IMG/VR virus record: IMGVR_UViG_3300025913_000030
Location: 1-64,000 of that record
DNA: 64,000 nucleotides
Strand: one strand, 5' to 3'
From: a virus
Below, piece after piece: positions 52,743 through 62,720 of this stretch; within the stretch, counting starts at the first letter, position 1, and each line of letters starts with the position of its first letter. The notes beneath the pieces were generated by a model, which made no database searches, was not told the DNA's origin, and saw only the letters and a program-made list of their open reading frames with translations. Both the position numbers and the translations under genes were made by a program.

Positions 52743-52939
52743 CGCTGCGCCGAGATGCTCGATCCGTCCCAGACCAGGGTGTCTCCGGCCTGGGCGAAGC
52801 ACGCCAGCGGGCTGTCCGGCTGGGTGTAGATCACGCCGGAGTGCGACGGGGCCTTGACCGGGGCGGCCTTGCAGCCCCGCTCCACGAGCCACGCCGCGGC
52901 CTGCTCGACGTCGTCAACCGTGATCTTCTCCACTGTCAC
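52739..52939 (-). CDS. Hypothetical protein
   Basis: GTGA overlaps. Confidence 0.5.
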   Translation of the reverse strand: MTVEKITVDDVEQAAAWLVERGCKAAPVKAPSHSGVIYTQPDSPLACFAQAGDTLVWDGSSISAQR

Positions 52940-53196
52940 TCCCCTGACTTCTCGTGCGTGTGCGTTTCGTCGAGCAGGCCGTCGACCGGCAGCTGCAACG
53001 CGTCCGCCAGCGACTTGAGGGCCGGCGCACTCGGCGGCCGATCTCCGGCCTCGTAGTGGCTGATCGAGCTGCGGTCCACCGGACAGGCGCTCTCCGACGT
53101 GCGTTTCGCCAGGTCCTCCTGTGTCAGTCCGGCGCGTTCACGCGCCTGACGCAGGCGCGCGGAGCTGAAGGGGAGTGAGAGGGAGGTGCGAGGCAT
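52936..53196 (-). CDS. XRE HTH regulator (Cro-like position)
   Basis: LRQARERAGLTQEDLA...SISHYEAGDRPP. Confidence 0.85.
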   Translation of the reverse strand: MPRTSLSLPFSSARLRQARERAGLTQEDLAKRTSESACPVDRSSISHYEAGDRPPSAPALKSLADALQLPVDGLLDETHTHEKSGE

Positions 53197-53326
53197 GGAC
53201 GAAAAACTACCGCACATCACCGCACATGACAAGAGAAGAACGGCCTTCAACCGACTTCGCTTGGCCTCCGTCTCTATGTGCGCTAACGTGCGCGTATGAG
53301 CGCCCCATCACGAAAGGGCAACGCTT

Positions 53327-53701
53327 ATGTCGACGGATCCCCCGCCCGTCATCTTGGAACGCGCCGTCGAGGACCGACGGCTGGAGCTCGGCATCCGCAA
53401 GCAGGAGGTCGCCGAGCGCGCAGGTGTCACCGCGTCGTACCTGCGCCGTGTCCTGTCCGGGAAGAATCCGCTCTCCCCGGATCTGAAGGCGGGACTCGAG
53501 CGGGCATTGCAGTGGCCGCGAGGCCATATCGACAGCCTGCGACCTTCCGGCGACAGCGACCGGCCGCCGCCCGGATCCCGCTACACGCAAGAGGAATGGG
53601 ACCGGCTCGATGCGACGGACCGGCAGTTGCTCATCGACATCCACCGAAAACTGACTGATCACCAGAATCACCCGGCTGTGCGACGCAGAGTAGCCAGGTG
53701 A
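53327..53701 (+). CDS. XRE HTH regulator (CI-like position)
   Basis: RRLELGIRKQEVAERAGVTASYLRRV...LERALQWPRG; divergent from 53196. Confidence 0.8.
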   Translation: MSTDPPPVILERAVEDRRLELGIRKQEVAERAGVTASYLRRVLSGKNPLSPDLKAGLERALQWPRGHIDSLRPSGDSDRPPPGSRYTQEEWDRLDATDRQLLIDIHRKLTDHQNHPAVRRRVAR

Positions 53702-54393
53702 TGAGTAGGCTTATCCGAATGACTGACGGTCTATTCATCATCTTGTGCGCTGTAGCCGTGGTCGGAACCAGTGTGATTTGGATTCAGGCCCGGCGTATCA
53801 GGCAACTGCAACGCAAGATCGACGTTCACGCCGAAGCGTTGCGGATGCTCGCTCAGCCGATCCACGTCGAACTGCCGCCCGAGCCGCCGACGAAACCCGA
53901 TCTGCGAGTGATCAAGGGCGGCATGGTCGCGTTCAGCGCGGCGGCTTCGGGAACGATGGCCTTCCTGCACCGCCACGCGGGAGCGGTGAGCACGGTCGCG
54001 GCCGGACTCGTCGGCGGGATTCTCGCCGGGGCTCTGATCTTTACCAACCGCGGGATCCGCACGCCTTCAGTACTGCGCCCGTTGCCCGGGCCTGGGATCA
54101 CGCTGCCATCGTCTGCCGCGCCATCCGTCTCCACGAGCAGCGTTCCGCCCTCCACGACCGTCACGGAACCGATCACTTCTCCCCCGTCAGCCGCGGTAGT
54201 GCCGGCCGTCGTCGGGCGAAGGCCGTCCCCGATCCCCCGACCTGCAGTACCTTCCACACAGCGCACGACGGCCGTACCGTCTCCTGCGGGAAGCTCGGTC
54301 AGCTTCACGCCGTCGTCGGTACGGCCGTCGCCGTGTCCGGTCGGTCTGAAACTACGACTTGACCCGGTCCTGAGAATCGAGGTCTGCGCCTGA
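53698..54393 (+). CDS. Membrane protein with a Pro/Ser/Thr-rich tail
   Basis: Hydrophobic helices; overlaps the repressor stop codon. Confidence 0.55.
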   Translation: MMSRLIRMTDGLFIILCAVAVVGTSVIWIQARRIRQLQRKIDVHAEALRMLAQPIHVELPPEPPTKPDLRVIKGGMVAFSAAASGTMAFLHRHAGAVSTVAAGLVGGILAGALIFTNRGIRTPSVLRPLPGPGITLPSSAAPSVSTSSVPPSTTVTEPITSPPSAAVVPAVVGRRPSPIPRPAVPSTQRTTAVPSPAGSSVSFTPSSVRPSPCPVGLKLRLDPVLRIEVCA

Positions 54394-54714
54394 CTGGCGC
54401 TGCCCCTTGACCCGTCGTGTCTCGCCAATCGACGCGGCAACGGTCAGTACCGTTGCGATACCGAGCAGGACCCACATAGCGATCTTCAAATGCGCGTATC
54501 CGAGAATGATCGACCCACCGAGCAGCATCATGGCTGCGGCGGCGAGCCTGTCCGAGTTCTTCTTCGTCGTCTCCGCTTCCCGTCGAATTCGATGACTTCG
54601 TGCCGACACCTCGGGCAGAACCGGGTGCGGTACATCGCCCGGCGCACGCCATTGGTCCAAGCACCCCATTCGCCCTGGTGACCGCGTACCAGGCACACCA
54701 GCCGCTTCACAGGG

Positions 54715-55314
54715 CTACTTCTGCAGCTGCGGGACGCTCGCGTACGTGGGGATCGGCGCGTTCGAGACCAGGAACGGAAGGTCGGTCTCGACGAGCGCGC
54801 CGCCGACGGTGCGGAAGAAGACGCCGAACTGTCCGCCTTCGTCAGGGCCGTAGGACCCGTCGTCGCCCGGAGCGTCGTTCGTGCACTCCGTGCCGCCGCA
54901 GCCGACATTGACCTGTGTGGAGGTCATCTGGCTGGCCGTGCTGCTGACCTTGCCCTGGATCACGTAGTAGCCGACGACCTGGCCGGAGAAAGTGAAGACG
55001 TAGACGTAGTTGGTATTGCCCTTGGAGTTGTACTGCTGCAGGCGGAAGGCGAGGTTCTTGCGCTCCAGCGGGTCGGAGGGCGACTGGGCGGTGCAGTTAC
55101 CGTTCTTGTCGCAGTTGGCGTAGGGGTAGGGCACCGCCTGGCTGAAGACCTGGCTGATGGCGCCGGACAGGTTGTTCTGGACGTGCTGGTTGGCGTCGGC
55201 GCTCTGGGTCGAGCGGCAGGCCGCCAGGCTGATCGTCAGCCCGAGGGCGACCAGCGCGCCGACGAGCAGGGTCCGTACGCGGCGTGTGTGTGCACGCGGG
55301 GAGCGGTTGTTCAC
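54715..55314 (-). CDS. Lipoprotein
   Basis: Lipobox LAAC; GKVSS..SQMT..DGSYG..GVFF. Confidence 0.7.
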   Translation of the reverse strand: MNNRSPRAHTRRVRTLLVGALVALGLTISLAACRSTQSADANQHVQNNLSGAISQVFSQAVPYPYANCDKNGNCTAQSPSDPLERKNLAFRLQQYNSKGNTNYVYVFTFSGQVVGYYVIQGKVSSTASQMTSTQVNVGCGGTECTNDAPGDDGSYGPDEGGQFGVFFRTVGGALVETDLPFLVSNAPIPTYASVPQLQK

Positions 55315-55760
55315 GGGGTCTGCAGTCCTGTCGTGTTGGCGGCGCACTGCGCCTGCGCGTCGAGATGGTCGGGGTATCCGTCTGGGATGACGGCCAGGGC
55401 GTTACCGGCGTCGGTGTTGTATTGAGCGACGTCGTTGCTGCAGGCCATCTCGACACCGGTCAGGTTGGTCGCGTCGATGGCGGTGGCGTGCGAACCGGCG
55501 GCAGCCTGCGCCGCGGTGCGGATGTTGCGCTGGTCGGCCTGGACGGTCTCGTAGTCGCCCTTGATCGTCGCCGACCAGTGCTCGCGGTTGGCGGCGGTGC
55601 CGCGCTGCTGCTGGATCTGCAGCGTGCCCTTCGCCCCGCTCGTGCTCGCGGACAACTCCCGCAATCCCCACACCAGAGCGAGCAAGGCGATGATCGCCAG
55701 TACGCAGTAGAACAGGACCCGGCCGAGACGGAAGTCGCCGCGGTCGTCATAGATGCTCAC
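55311..55760 (-). CDS. Membrane-anchored protein
   Basis: N-terminal transmembrane helix; C...VAQYN...C. Confidence 0.65.
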   Translation of the reverse strand: MSIYDDRGDFRLGRVLFYCVLAIIALLALVWGLRELSASTSGAKGTLQIQQQRGTAANREHWSATIKGDYETVQADQRNIRTAAQAAAGSHATAIDATNLTGVEMACSNDVAQYNTDAGNALAVIPDGYPDHLDAQAQCAANTTGLQTP

Positions 55761-55818
55761 ATCAGACCTCTGAGTCTGGTTAGCTTCGGGCGGAAATGCC
55801 CGATTTTCAGATGATGCG

Positions 55819-55848
55819 ATGCTAGGGAAGGGCGTGACTATCTGTCAA
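55819..55848 (-). promoter_or_regulatory. Promoter with the 15-bp motif
   Basis: TTGACAGATAGTCAC; TTGACA-N18-TAGCAT, inside the 3' end of the endonuclease VII gene. Confidence 0.75.
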
Positions 55849-56307
55849 TACAGCCCGTGCGGGCGGGTTGATCAGATACAGGCCGGCCCGGAAGAACGCT
55901 TCGGGGTCGTCGCGGCGCCTGCCGATGTCGCGGTTGCAGTTCGAGCAAATCAGTCCTCTTACACACTTGCCGCACGAGGTCTTTCCCGGGCAGCAGCGGT
56001 GGTCGTGGTCGACGGCCAGCTTCCGCGCCTTGCCCGTCGCGACCTGGCACACCGCGCACTTGCCGCCCTGAGCTTCGTACAGCCGCTTGTAGTCGCCGGG
56101 CTTCAACCCGAAGTTCGCACACACCTTGCGCTCGTGTTCACGCTCCCGGCGCTCGGCCACGACACGGCGATGGTGCGTCGCGCACCGCGGCCCGGGGTGC
56201 GGAACGGCCCGTTTCGTGGCCACCTCTTCGGCGGCGCAGTCCTTGCAGCGTCTCAGTTTCGCGCTGCCGCTGCCCGGATCTTTTCCGCGGTCTTCGACGT
56301 CATCCAC
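55822..56307 (-). CDS. Endonuclease VII
   Basis: QGGKCAVC, LAVDHDH and VRGLICSNCN motifs. Confidence 0.9.
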   Translation of the reverse strand: MDDVEDRGKDPGSGSAKLRRCKDCAAEEVATKRAVPHPGPRCATHHRRVVAERREREHERKVCANFGLKPGDYKRLYEAQGGKCAVCQVATGKARKLAVDHDHRCCPGKTSCGKCVRGLICSNCNRDIGRRRDDPEAFFRAGLYLINPPARAVLTDSHALP

Positions 56308-58133
56308 CGGCTCTCCCCCTTCTCGTCAATCAGGGGGACGGCCGAGGCGGAGATCGGCACGCCGAGGAAGTCGAAGGTCATCGACTTCTCAATGGCCTCT
56401 GAAACGACAGAGACCCGAGATTCGGGAACCTGGAGAATCAGTTCGTCGTGCACCGGGTACCAGACCATCTCGCTGTAGCCCAGCTCGGCCGCGAAGTAAA
56501 ACCAGGCGTCGACCAGGACCTCGCGGGCGCTGCTCTGGATCACGTAGTTCACGTTGGCGTACGTGGCCAGGTCGCCGTTCGCCCAGCGCTTGACCGGGAT
56601 GCTGCGCCGGCTGACGGTGCGCACCGCGTCACGGAAATTGCCGAGCTGGCGGGAGAAGTCGGCGACCGCCTGGTAGCGCTCGCGGTGCGCGGCGACGATC
56701 CGCTGGGCGGCCTCCAGCGGGATGTTCGCCTGCTGCGCCAGTGCCTTGCCGCCGCCGCCGTAGACGATCAGGAAGTTCGCCATCTTGCCGATGTCCCGCG
56801 AGATCTCGATGCCCATCTCGGCCAGCTCGTCGACCGTCAGCTGGTGCAGGTCGCCGCCGGCCAGGATGACGTCGATCATCTTGCGTTCCTGGGCGAGGGC
56901 CGCGGTCACGCGCAGTTCGATCTGGTCGAAGTCCGCGGTCAGCAGCACGTGCCCGGGCTCGGGAAGGAAGCAGCCGCGCATGCGCGGGTCCTTCTTGCTG
57001 AAGTTCTGGAAGTTCGGGCCGGCCGAGGACATGCGGCCGGTGACCGCGCCGATCGTGTTCAGGACCGGGTGCACGCAGCCGTCCGGCGCCAGGTGCTCCC
57101 AGACTCCCTTGGTCTTGTTCAGCATGTCCTGGTGGCCCTTGAACCGGATCAGCTGCTCGGCCACCGTCCGGCCGTCGTCGTCCAGCTCGTAGTCGAGCAG
57201 CAGCCTGACGTTCTCCTTGGCCAGCGACGGCGCGCCGCCTTCGGTCCTCGCCCCCGGCCACGTGCGCCAGTCGACGCCATGCTCGCCGAGCCAGCCCTGG
57301 ATCTTCGGCGAGCGCGCGAGAACGCCGCCGGTCAGCTCCTTGATGACCGCTTCGGCCTCGCCCGTCTCGCGGGCCGCTTCGTCGGTCAGCTCCTGCAGCA
57401 GTTCGCGGTCGACGCGCATGCCGCGCAACCGGATCCGCGCCGCCTGAGCAGTCAGCCAGTTCTCGATGCGCAGCAACTCCGGGGGCGCCTGGGTGAGGGG
57501 GACGAGGATCTCGGCGAGCCTGCGGCAAGCGATCGCGTCGAGGCCGGCGTAGATCAGGTAGGTCGGGTCGTCCTTCGGGATGTTCGCCCAGCCGAAGGCC
57601 TCGATGTCGGCCTTCTTCGCGTTCTTGCGCCCCGTCCACATTTCGCGGAACCGCGCGTGCAGCAGCTCCTCCCCGGCGAGCACCTGCGGCATCCCGTGCA
57701 CCGCCGCCAGCGTCTTGAGGTCCTTGCCGCCGAGGCGGTCATCGGGCGCGGCCATGGCCGCAAGGTTGCGCGTGTCGAGGTTGCGGCCGGTCAGGTCCAC
57801 GTTCAACTGCAGCGCGACCGAGATGACGTCCATGTCGGTGTGCGAGCAGAAGGACACGCTCTCGTCGCTGAGCAGGGCGATCGCGGCCTGTTTCTGCTCC
57901 TCGTCCTCCAGGTCCAGGACCCAGGCGTAGCCGGTGGTCGCGAACTGGATCAGGCGCAACCGGAAGCCGGGGTCCCATTGTCCGAGGTCGTTCATGTACG
58001 TGCCCTCGACGTCGAGCCCGTACAGCGCGCCGGCAGGGAACAGGGCCCGGAACACCTTGCGGTCGAACATGCCGGGCTGCGGCGCGTGGACGACGGCCTC
58101 GCCCGCGCCGAGGGGAACGGTGAAGTACTGCAT
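56253..58133 (-). CDS. polA: DNA polymerase I family (3'-5' exonuclease plus polymerase)
   Basis: LDVE exonuclease motif, YAGLD, TGRMSS, motif A ADFDQIELR, motif B RDIGKMANFLIVYG, motif C VHDE. Confidence 0.93.
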   Translation of the reverse strand: MQYFTVPLGAGEAVVHAPQPGMFDRKVFRALFPAGALYGLDVEGTYMNDLGQWDPGFRLRLIQFATTGYAWVLDLEDEEQKQAAIALLSDESVSFCSHTDMDVISVALQLNVDLTGRNLDTRNLAAMAAPDDRLGGKDLKTLAAVHGMPQVLAGEELLHARFREMWTGRKNAKKADIEAFGWANIPKDDPTYLIYAGLDAIACRRLAEILVPLTQAPPELLRIENWLTAQAARIRLRGMRVDRELLQELTDEAARETGEAEAVIKELTGGVLARSPKIQGWLGEHGVDWRTWPGARTEGGAPSLAKENVRLLLDYELDDDGRTVAEQLIRFKGHQDMLNKTKGVWEHLAPDGCVHPVLNTIGAVTGRMSSAGPNFQNFSKKDPRMRGCFLPEPGHVLLTADFDQIELRVTAALAQERKMIDVILAGGDLHQLTVDELAEMGIEISRDIGKMANFLIVYGGGGKALAQQANIPLEAAQRIVAAHRERYQAVADFSRQLGNFRDAVRTVSRRSIPVKRWANGDLATYANVNYVIQSSAREVLVDAWFYFAAELGYSEMVWYPVHDELILQVPESRVSVVSEAIEKSMTFDFLGVPISASAVPLIDEKGESRWMTSKTAEKIRAAAARN

Positions 58134-60802
58134 CACGGGCTCCGCATCAGCGTGTCGGGATGGCAGGTGGCGCAGCGGTAGATGATCCCGGCGGGCGGCA
58201 CGGGAGTCTCGACGCCGTCGCAGGTCTCGCATTCGATCGGCGGCAACTTCACGGCCAGGTGCGTGAGATGGTCAACGGGTACGAAGTCCGGTCCGGCCCG
58301 CGTCTGGTCTCCTAATCTGGGATCGGTTAGGAGGTCGCTGGGAGCTTGCGGGGTCTGTTCGATGGCGATCTGCGCGGTCGGTGTCTGCTCGAGCAGTTGG
58401 GTGACCGTCATCCCGGGTGCAACCGAGGGGCCTGTTTCGTTGGGATCAGCCGGCTCGGGTCCAACAGAACTTGCACCCGGTGCAGGTTCGGGCCCGGAGC
58501 CTGCAGTAGGTTCGGCGAACGGGTCGCTGTTCTGCTGCGGCCCGCTGATCGCCCACTTCGTGACGCGACCGTGCCCGGTCTCGTCGGTCTTGCGCAGCGT
58601 ATGTCCGTCCATCGACCGGTCGCGCATGCGGGCGTAGGCGAGGCCGAGCTGCCGCGGGTAGCTCTTGCCCGAGGTGTCCTCCAGGCCGGGCGGATGCTCG
58701 GCGACGGGGTCGCGGTCCAGGGCCTTGATGACATCCCCGGTCGTGAAGAACTTGTCCTTGAAGCTCTCGCGCAGCCACCGCAGGTGGTCGGTCCAGTGCG
58801 CCTTCTCGAAATCGGACTCGGAACGCCAGGCCTTGACGTTGGACAGGAACCCGGGGACGCCCGCGTGGGCGAGGATCCCGGCGACCATCTTCTGCCAGAG
58901 CTCGAAACTGCCCATGGACTCGATCGGCACGCGCGGGCAGCCGGCCGAGAACCAGGCCCGCACCAGTGTCAGGCAGGCGCTCACGAGCTGCGCGCGGTTG
59001 CCGGTCGCCCACTCGCGCAGGTCCGGGTGCTTGAACTCGGACTCCGGCCGGTTCTCCGGGTTCGAACCCGGATACGAGAGCGCGATCCGGTAGCAGCGCC
59101 GCCCCATGTCGCCCGCGATCTGCACCTGGTTGCCCAGGCTCATCCACGTGATCCTGTTGGGGAACTCCACCAGGTTGGAGACGCCCAGGACGCGGTCCTG
59201 GTAGGTGATCGAGGTCAGGGCCCGTGCGAACGACGGACCGTCGAGCTTGTGCGCCTCGTCGAACACGAACATCTCCGCTCCGGAGCGGAACGCGCTCGTG
59301 ATGACCTTGCGCTGCTCGGCGTCGTCGGTCGTGTATGGCAGCGGTTGCGCGGGCCGTCCCGTAGCGACGATCGAGACGACGTCGGCGAGCAGGTTCTTGC
59401 CCGATCCGGCTTCCTTCCCGTCGACCACGGCGAGCGGAACGAGCGGCACCAGGCCGCGGATGAACGGGGTGAGCAGCAGGGCGAGGGCGGCGGACCGGCT
59501 CGCGTCGTCGGGGAAGGGGAAGCCCTGCAGCAGGTCGCCGAAGATCAGTGACTTGGCCGCCTCGACCTGCTCTGCGGTCGGATCCTCGGGAACGCTCACG
59601 CCGCTCAGATCGTCGCCGAGGACCAGATAGGTGCTGGTGCGCTCGTCGTAGCCGGGCTCCTGCACTACGGAGCCGTCGGCGCGCAGGTACGGGACGCGGC
59701 TGATGCGCTCGAGCCTGGCGAACTCGCTGGGCTCCGACATCACCGCACCGATCGTGCGCTCGTCCGGCCACGCGTCCACGTCGGTGTACTCGCCCTCGCT
59801 CCCGCTGCGCGCGACGGTGCGCGCGGTCTCGGCGATCAGGCGGGCGAAGGCGTCCTTGGTCAGCGGATCGGTGCTCGCCTCCCGGCGCAGGGTCGGGATG
59901 CCGCCGTAGTTGAACAGCCGCGTCCCGCTCCAGCGGTCTTTCAGCGCGGCGGTCAGCTCCGTGATGACCTTGAGCTTGTCACCGTTGACGACGAGGACCG
60001 GACGGCCGTCGTCCGAGGCGACCGGGGAGGAGGCGCGGCGCAGCGCCTTCGGCTTGGCGTCGGCGGGCCGCGCGGCCTTCACCCCCGCCTTGGCCGTCTT
60101 CTCGATCATGTTGGCGAGCATCGCGGCGCGCCGCTCACGGGGCTGGGCGCCGAGCACGTCGTCGAGGCCGGCCTTCTTCCCGGCCGACAGGCGCACGAAC
60201 CTCACGCTCGCGGCGCCCTGGTCGGTTAGGGCGCCGAGCAGCGAGAGGCCGGCGTTGTAGACCTCGAGGTTGCTCGCGGCGTCGGCGTCGAGGATCACGA
60301 ACACGTCGCGGTCCTCGGCGACCGCCAGGTGCGGGGTGGGCACGCCGTCCTCGGACCACATGCGGCAGCCGCCGATGCCGTACACCGCGGTGTCCGGCGG
60401 CGCGTAGGAGGCCGCGGCGAGTGTCTGCTTCGTGCCTTCGACGATCAGCATGCGGGTCGCGCCCTCGACCGGGCGTGCGGCCCAGAGTTTCGCCGCGGCG
60501 TCCTTGCCCCACAGGTATTTGGCGGGCCGCCCGGACGCGTCCCTGATGCGGCCGTCGGGTACGCGCAACTGACGGCGCACGGTGCCGTCAGGCTCGGTCC
60601 AGGGGTAGAGGAGGGCGGGCAGCGCGTTCTCGCCGTGGTGGGCGAATTCCTCGGGCAACTCTTCGACAGCGCTGATGCTGCGTACGCCGTGCTGCGCCGC
60701 GACTGCGGGCTCGATGCCGTGTCCGTGCAGGTACGCAGCGTGTTCGGGAGCGATCGGCAGGGATTCCCAGCCTGGCTCGATCTCACCCGGAGACACTGGC
60801 AC
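58133..60802 (-). CDS. Primase (TOPRIM) fused to a P-loop helicase-like domain
   Basis: IVEGTK, ILDAD and GLDD TOPRIM motifs; Walker A GKEAGSGKN and Walker B FVFDE. Confidence 0.8.
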   Translation of the reverse strand: MPVSPGEIEPGWESLPIAPEHAAYLHGHGIEPAVAAQHGVRSISAVEELPEEFAHHGENALPALLYPWTEPDGTVRRQLRVPDGRIRDASGRPAKYLWGKDAAAKLWAARPVEGATRMLIVEGTKQTLAAASYAPPDTAVYGIGGCRMWSEDGVPTPHLAVAEDRDVFVILDADAASNLEVYNAGLSLLGALTDQGAASVRFVRLSAGKKAGLDDVLGAQPRERRAAMLANMIEKTAKAGVKAARPADAKPKALRRASSPVASDDGRPVLVVNGDKLKVITELTAALKDRWSGTRLFNYGGIPTLRREASTDPLTKDAFARLIAETARTVARSGSEGEYTDVDAWPDERTIGAVMSEPSEFARLERISRVPYLRADGSVVQEPGYDERTSTYLVLGDDLSGVSVPEDPTAEQVEAAKSLIFGDLLQGFPFPDDASRSAALALLLTPFIRGLVPLVPLAVVDGKEAGSGKNLLADVVSIVATGRPAQPLPYTTDDAEQRKVITSAFRSGAEMFVFDEAHKLDGPSFARALTSITYQDRVLGVSNLVEFPNRITWMSLGNQVQIAGDMGRRCYRIALSYPGSNPENRPESEFKHPDLREWATGNRAQLVSACLTLVRAWFSAGCPRVPIESMGSFELWQKMVAGILAHAGVPGFLSNVKAWRSESDFEKAHWTDHLRWLRESFKDKFFTTGDVIKALDRDPVAEHPPGLEDTSGKSYPRQLGLAYARMRDRSMDGHTLRKTDETGHGRVTKWAISGPQQNSDPFAEPTAGSGPEPAPGASSVGPEPADPNETGPSVAPGMTVTQLLEQTPTAQIAIEQTPQAPSDLLTDPRLGDQTRAGPDFVPVDHLTHLAVKLPPIECETCDGVETPVPPAGIIYRCATCHPDTLMRSP

Positions 60803-60913
60803 CTCGCATCACGCTGGCCCGGTGCTTGCGCTTCGGGCGGGGACGGTCTTGGATCGGATGCGGCACCCCCGCCCAGGTCAGATGGGCGGGGGTGCTTCAC
60901 GCGGGGGTGCCGA

Positions 60914-61315
60914 TCAGGCGAAGGGGTCCTTCGGCGCGGTCGCCTTGGCCAGGTAGTCGCGGGCGAGCTGCTTGTCCGCGTCGGTCGGGGCGTTGGGCAC
61001 CCACACCGGCTTGCCCTCCGCGTCCTTCTTGTTCGGCACGGTGCCGATGCGGGCGAGGAGCATGCCGCGCTCCTTGCCGATGCGGCTGCTGAGCTCGGAC
61101 ACGAAGATCTTCTGGAAGATCCTCACCGAGTCGTGCTTCTCTCCCGCGTTCGGGCCGTCGAGCACGACGACGTCGGTCGAGACCGCGTCGCTCTTGCCGT
61201 ACTTGGTCTCCACGTCCTTCAACAGCTCCTGGGGCGTGAAGAGCACCAGGCAGTCCTTGAAGTCCGCGAGCTTGGTCCCGCCCGACGGGGCGGCGAACGG
61301 GTCGGTGACGGTCAC
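60914..61315 (-). CDS. Probable ssDNA-binding protein
   Basis: ETKYG...DVVVLDG beta-rich core, acidic-aromatic DPFA tail, located in the replication module. Confidence 0.6.
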   Translation of the reverse strand: MTVTDPFAAPSGGTKLADFKDCLVLFTPQELLKDVETKYGKSDAVSTDVVVLDGPNAGEKHDSVRIFQKIFVSELSSRIGKERGMLLARIGTVPNKKDAEGKPVWVPNAPTDADKQLARDYLAKATAPKDPFA

Positions 61316-61395
61316 CGTGTGTCTCCTGTCTCTTGTATTCAGTACTGTATGTAAGTGTTATTACATACGGGCGATTGACTACGATATCGCCCGAT

Positions 61396-62454
61396 TCACA
61401 CCAGCGCCAGTTCCGCCTGTCGCTGCTTGCCGAGCTTCTCCAGCTCGGAAGTCCATTCGCCCTTCGCGTTCGCCTTCTGCCAGACCGCGGACAGGTCCGC
61501 CTTGCTGCGCGCGGCCGAGATCAGGTCCCTGTACGTCGGCTCGGCGACGGGCGCCGGGGACGGTCCGCCGAGAGCCACCGCACCGGCCAGCGCCCGGCGC
61601 TTACGCCATGCGCGCACCTGCTCGCACATCGCGGCGGCCTCCCAGCCGGCCTCGATGTCCACCGCGTAGAGCGTCGCCTTCGCCTGACCCACCGGCAGAT
61701 GGATGACCAGCGCGGTGCGCCGGTCGACTGGCGGCATCTGCTCCCAGGCTTGCGCCGAGCCGTTCCAGATCCCGTCGGCGTGCGCGTACAGCGCGAGCTG
61801 GATCGCGATCTCGTTCCAGCCGTACTGCAGGTCCTTGCCGGTCTTCAGGTCCGCGACCAGCCACGTCCCCACGGGCAGGTGCAGCGGGTCGCGGCCCGGG
61901 CGCTCCATCACCAGCGGCTTGGACAGGCAGGTGAGCCGGTCGAAGGTCCCTGCGACCTCGAACTGCTTGACGACGACGATCCGTTCGATGTGCGCGGGGT
62001 CGTAGGTCAGACCCGCCTCGACCACGGCCTGCTGGTAGGCGACGATGTCCCTGTCCCAGGGCTCGGGCACGCTCGGCGTCTCGCCCCGGTCGATCTGCTC
62101 GGTGAAGGCGTGCAGCGCGGTGCCGAGCGAGGCGCGCGACTTGCTGCCGGCCGCGGTCTTCGCGTCCTCGGCGATCTGGTTGAGCTTGTCCTTGTCCTCC
62201 AGCGGCGTTGCCGCGGCGAGGGCGTAGAGGTCCGGACGGATCGTCAGGCCCTTGGCGACCATGCGGTCGCCCCACTGGGAGAGGGCGAAGGTGTCGCTGA
62301 TCGACTTGGCGAAGGTGGTCGCCCGGGTGTGTCCGGTCTCCCTGCCCTTCGGATTGTCCAGCGGCGGCAGCAGGTAGCGGCCCCATCTGTCACGCTTCGG
62401 CTCGAACGGATCGACGGCCTTCTGCCCCTCGGCTGCGGTAAACGGATCGGTCAC
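61396..62454 (-). CDS. PD-(D/E)XK (RecB/Cas4-like) exonuclease
   Basis: GTALHA, AGTFDR, ADLKTG and QLALY motifs. Confidence 0.85.
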   Translation of the reverse strand: MTDPFTAAEGQKAVDPFEPKRDRWGRYLLPPLDNPKGRETGHTRATTFAKSISDTFALSQWGDRMVAKGLTIRPDLYALAAATPLEDKDKLNQIAEDAKTAAGSKSRASLGTALHAFTEQIDRGETPSVPEPWDRDIVAYQQAVVEAGLTYDPAHIERIVVVKQFEVAGTFDRLTCLSKPLVMERPGRDPLHLPVGTWLVADLKTGKDLQYGWNEIAIQLALYAHADGIWNGSAQAWEQMPPVDRRTALVIHLPVGQAKATLYAVDIEAGWEAAAMCEQVRAWRKRRALAGAVALGGPSPAPVAEPTYRDLISAARSKADLSAVWQKANAKGEWTSELEKLGKQRQAELALV

Positions 62455-62720
62455 AGTGTTCCCTTCTCAGCATTCTTCGACTTGCGTTTCGCGCAGAAGT
62501 CGGCGGTCGCCTGAAGCACCACGCGCACGTGGTCGTCGGCCGGGTTGTCGACCACGTCGGCGAGGAGCCAGACCAGGTGCTTGACGACGTAGGAGCGGTT
62601 TCGCCCACTGGAGTCGAGGACGACGGACGCGCCGACCGGCGGAACGGGGATGCCGTAGAAGTTGATCTCCCGCTGCGGCGTGGCCCCGGCCGCGGGAAGG
62701 AGCATCGCGACGCGCATCAC
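62451..62720 (-). CDS. Hypothetical protein
   Basis: GTGA overlaps. Confidence 0.5.
   Translation of the reverse strand: MMRVAMLLPAAGATPQREINFYGIPVPPVGASVVLDSSGRNRSYVVKHLVWLLADVVDNPADDHVRVVLQATADFCAKRKSKNAEKGTL

Noticed and set aside
61396-62454. CRISPR-associated Cas4
   Set aside because: There is no array or other cas gene and no Fe-S cysteine cluster. It fits a typical phage recombination exonuclease beside SSB and helicase.
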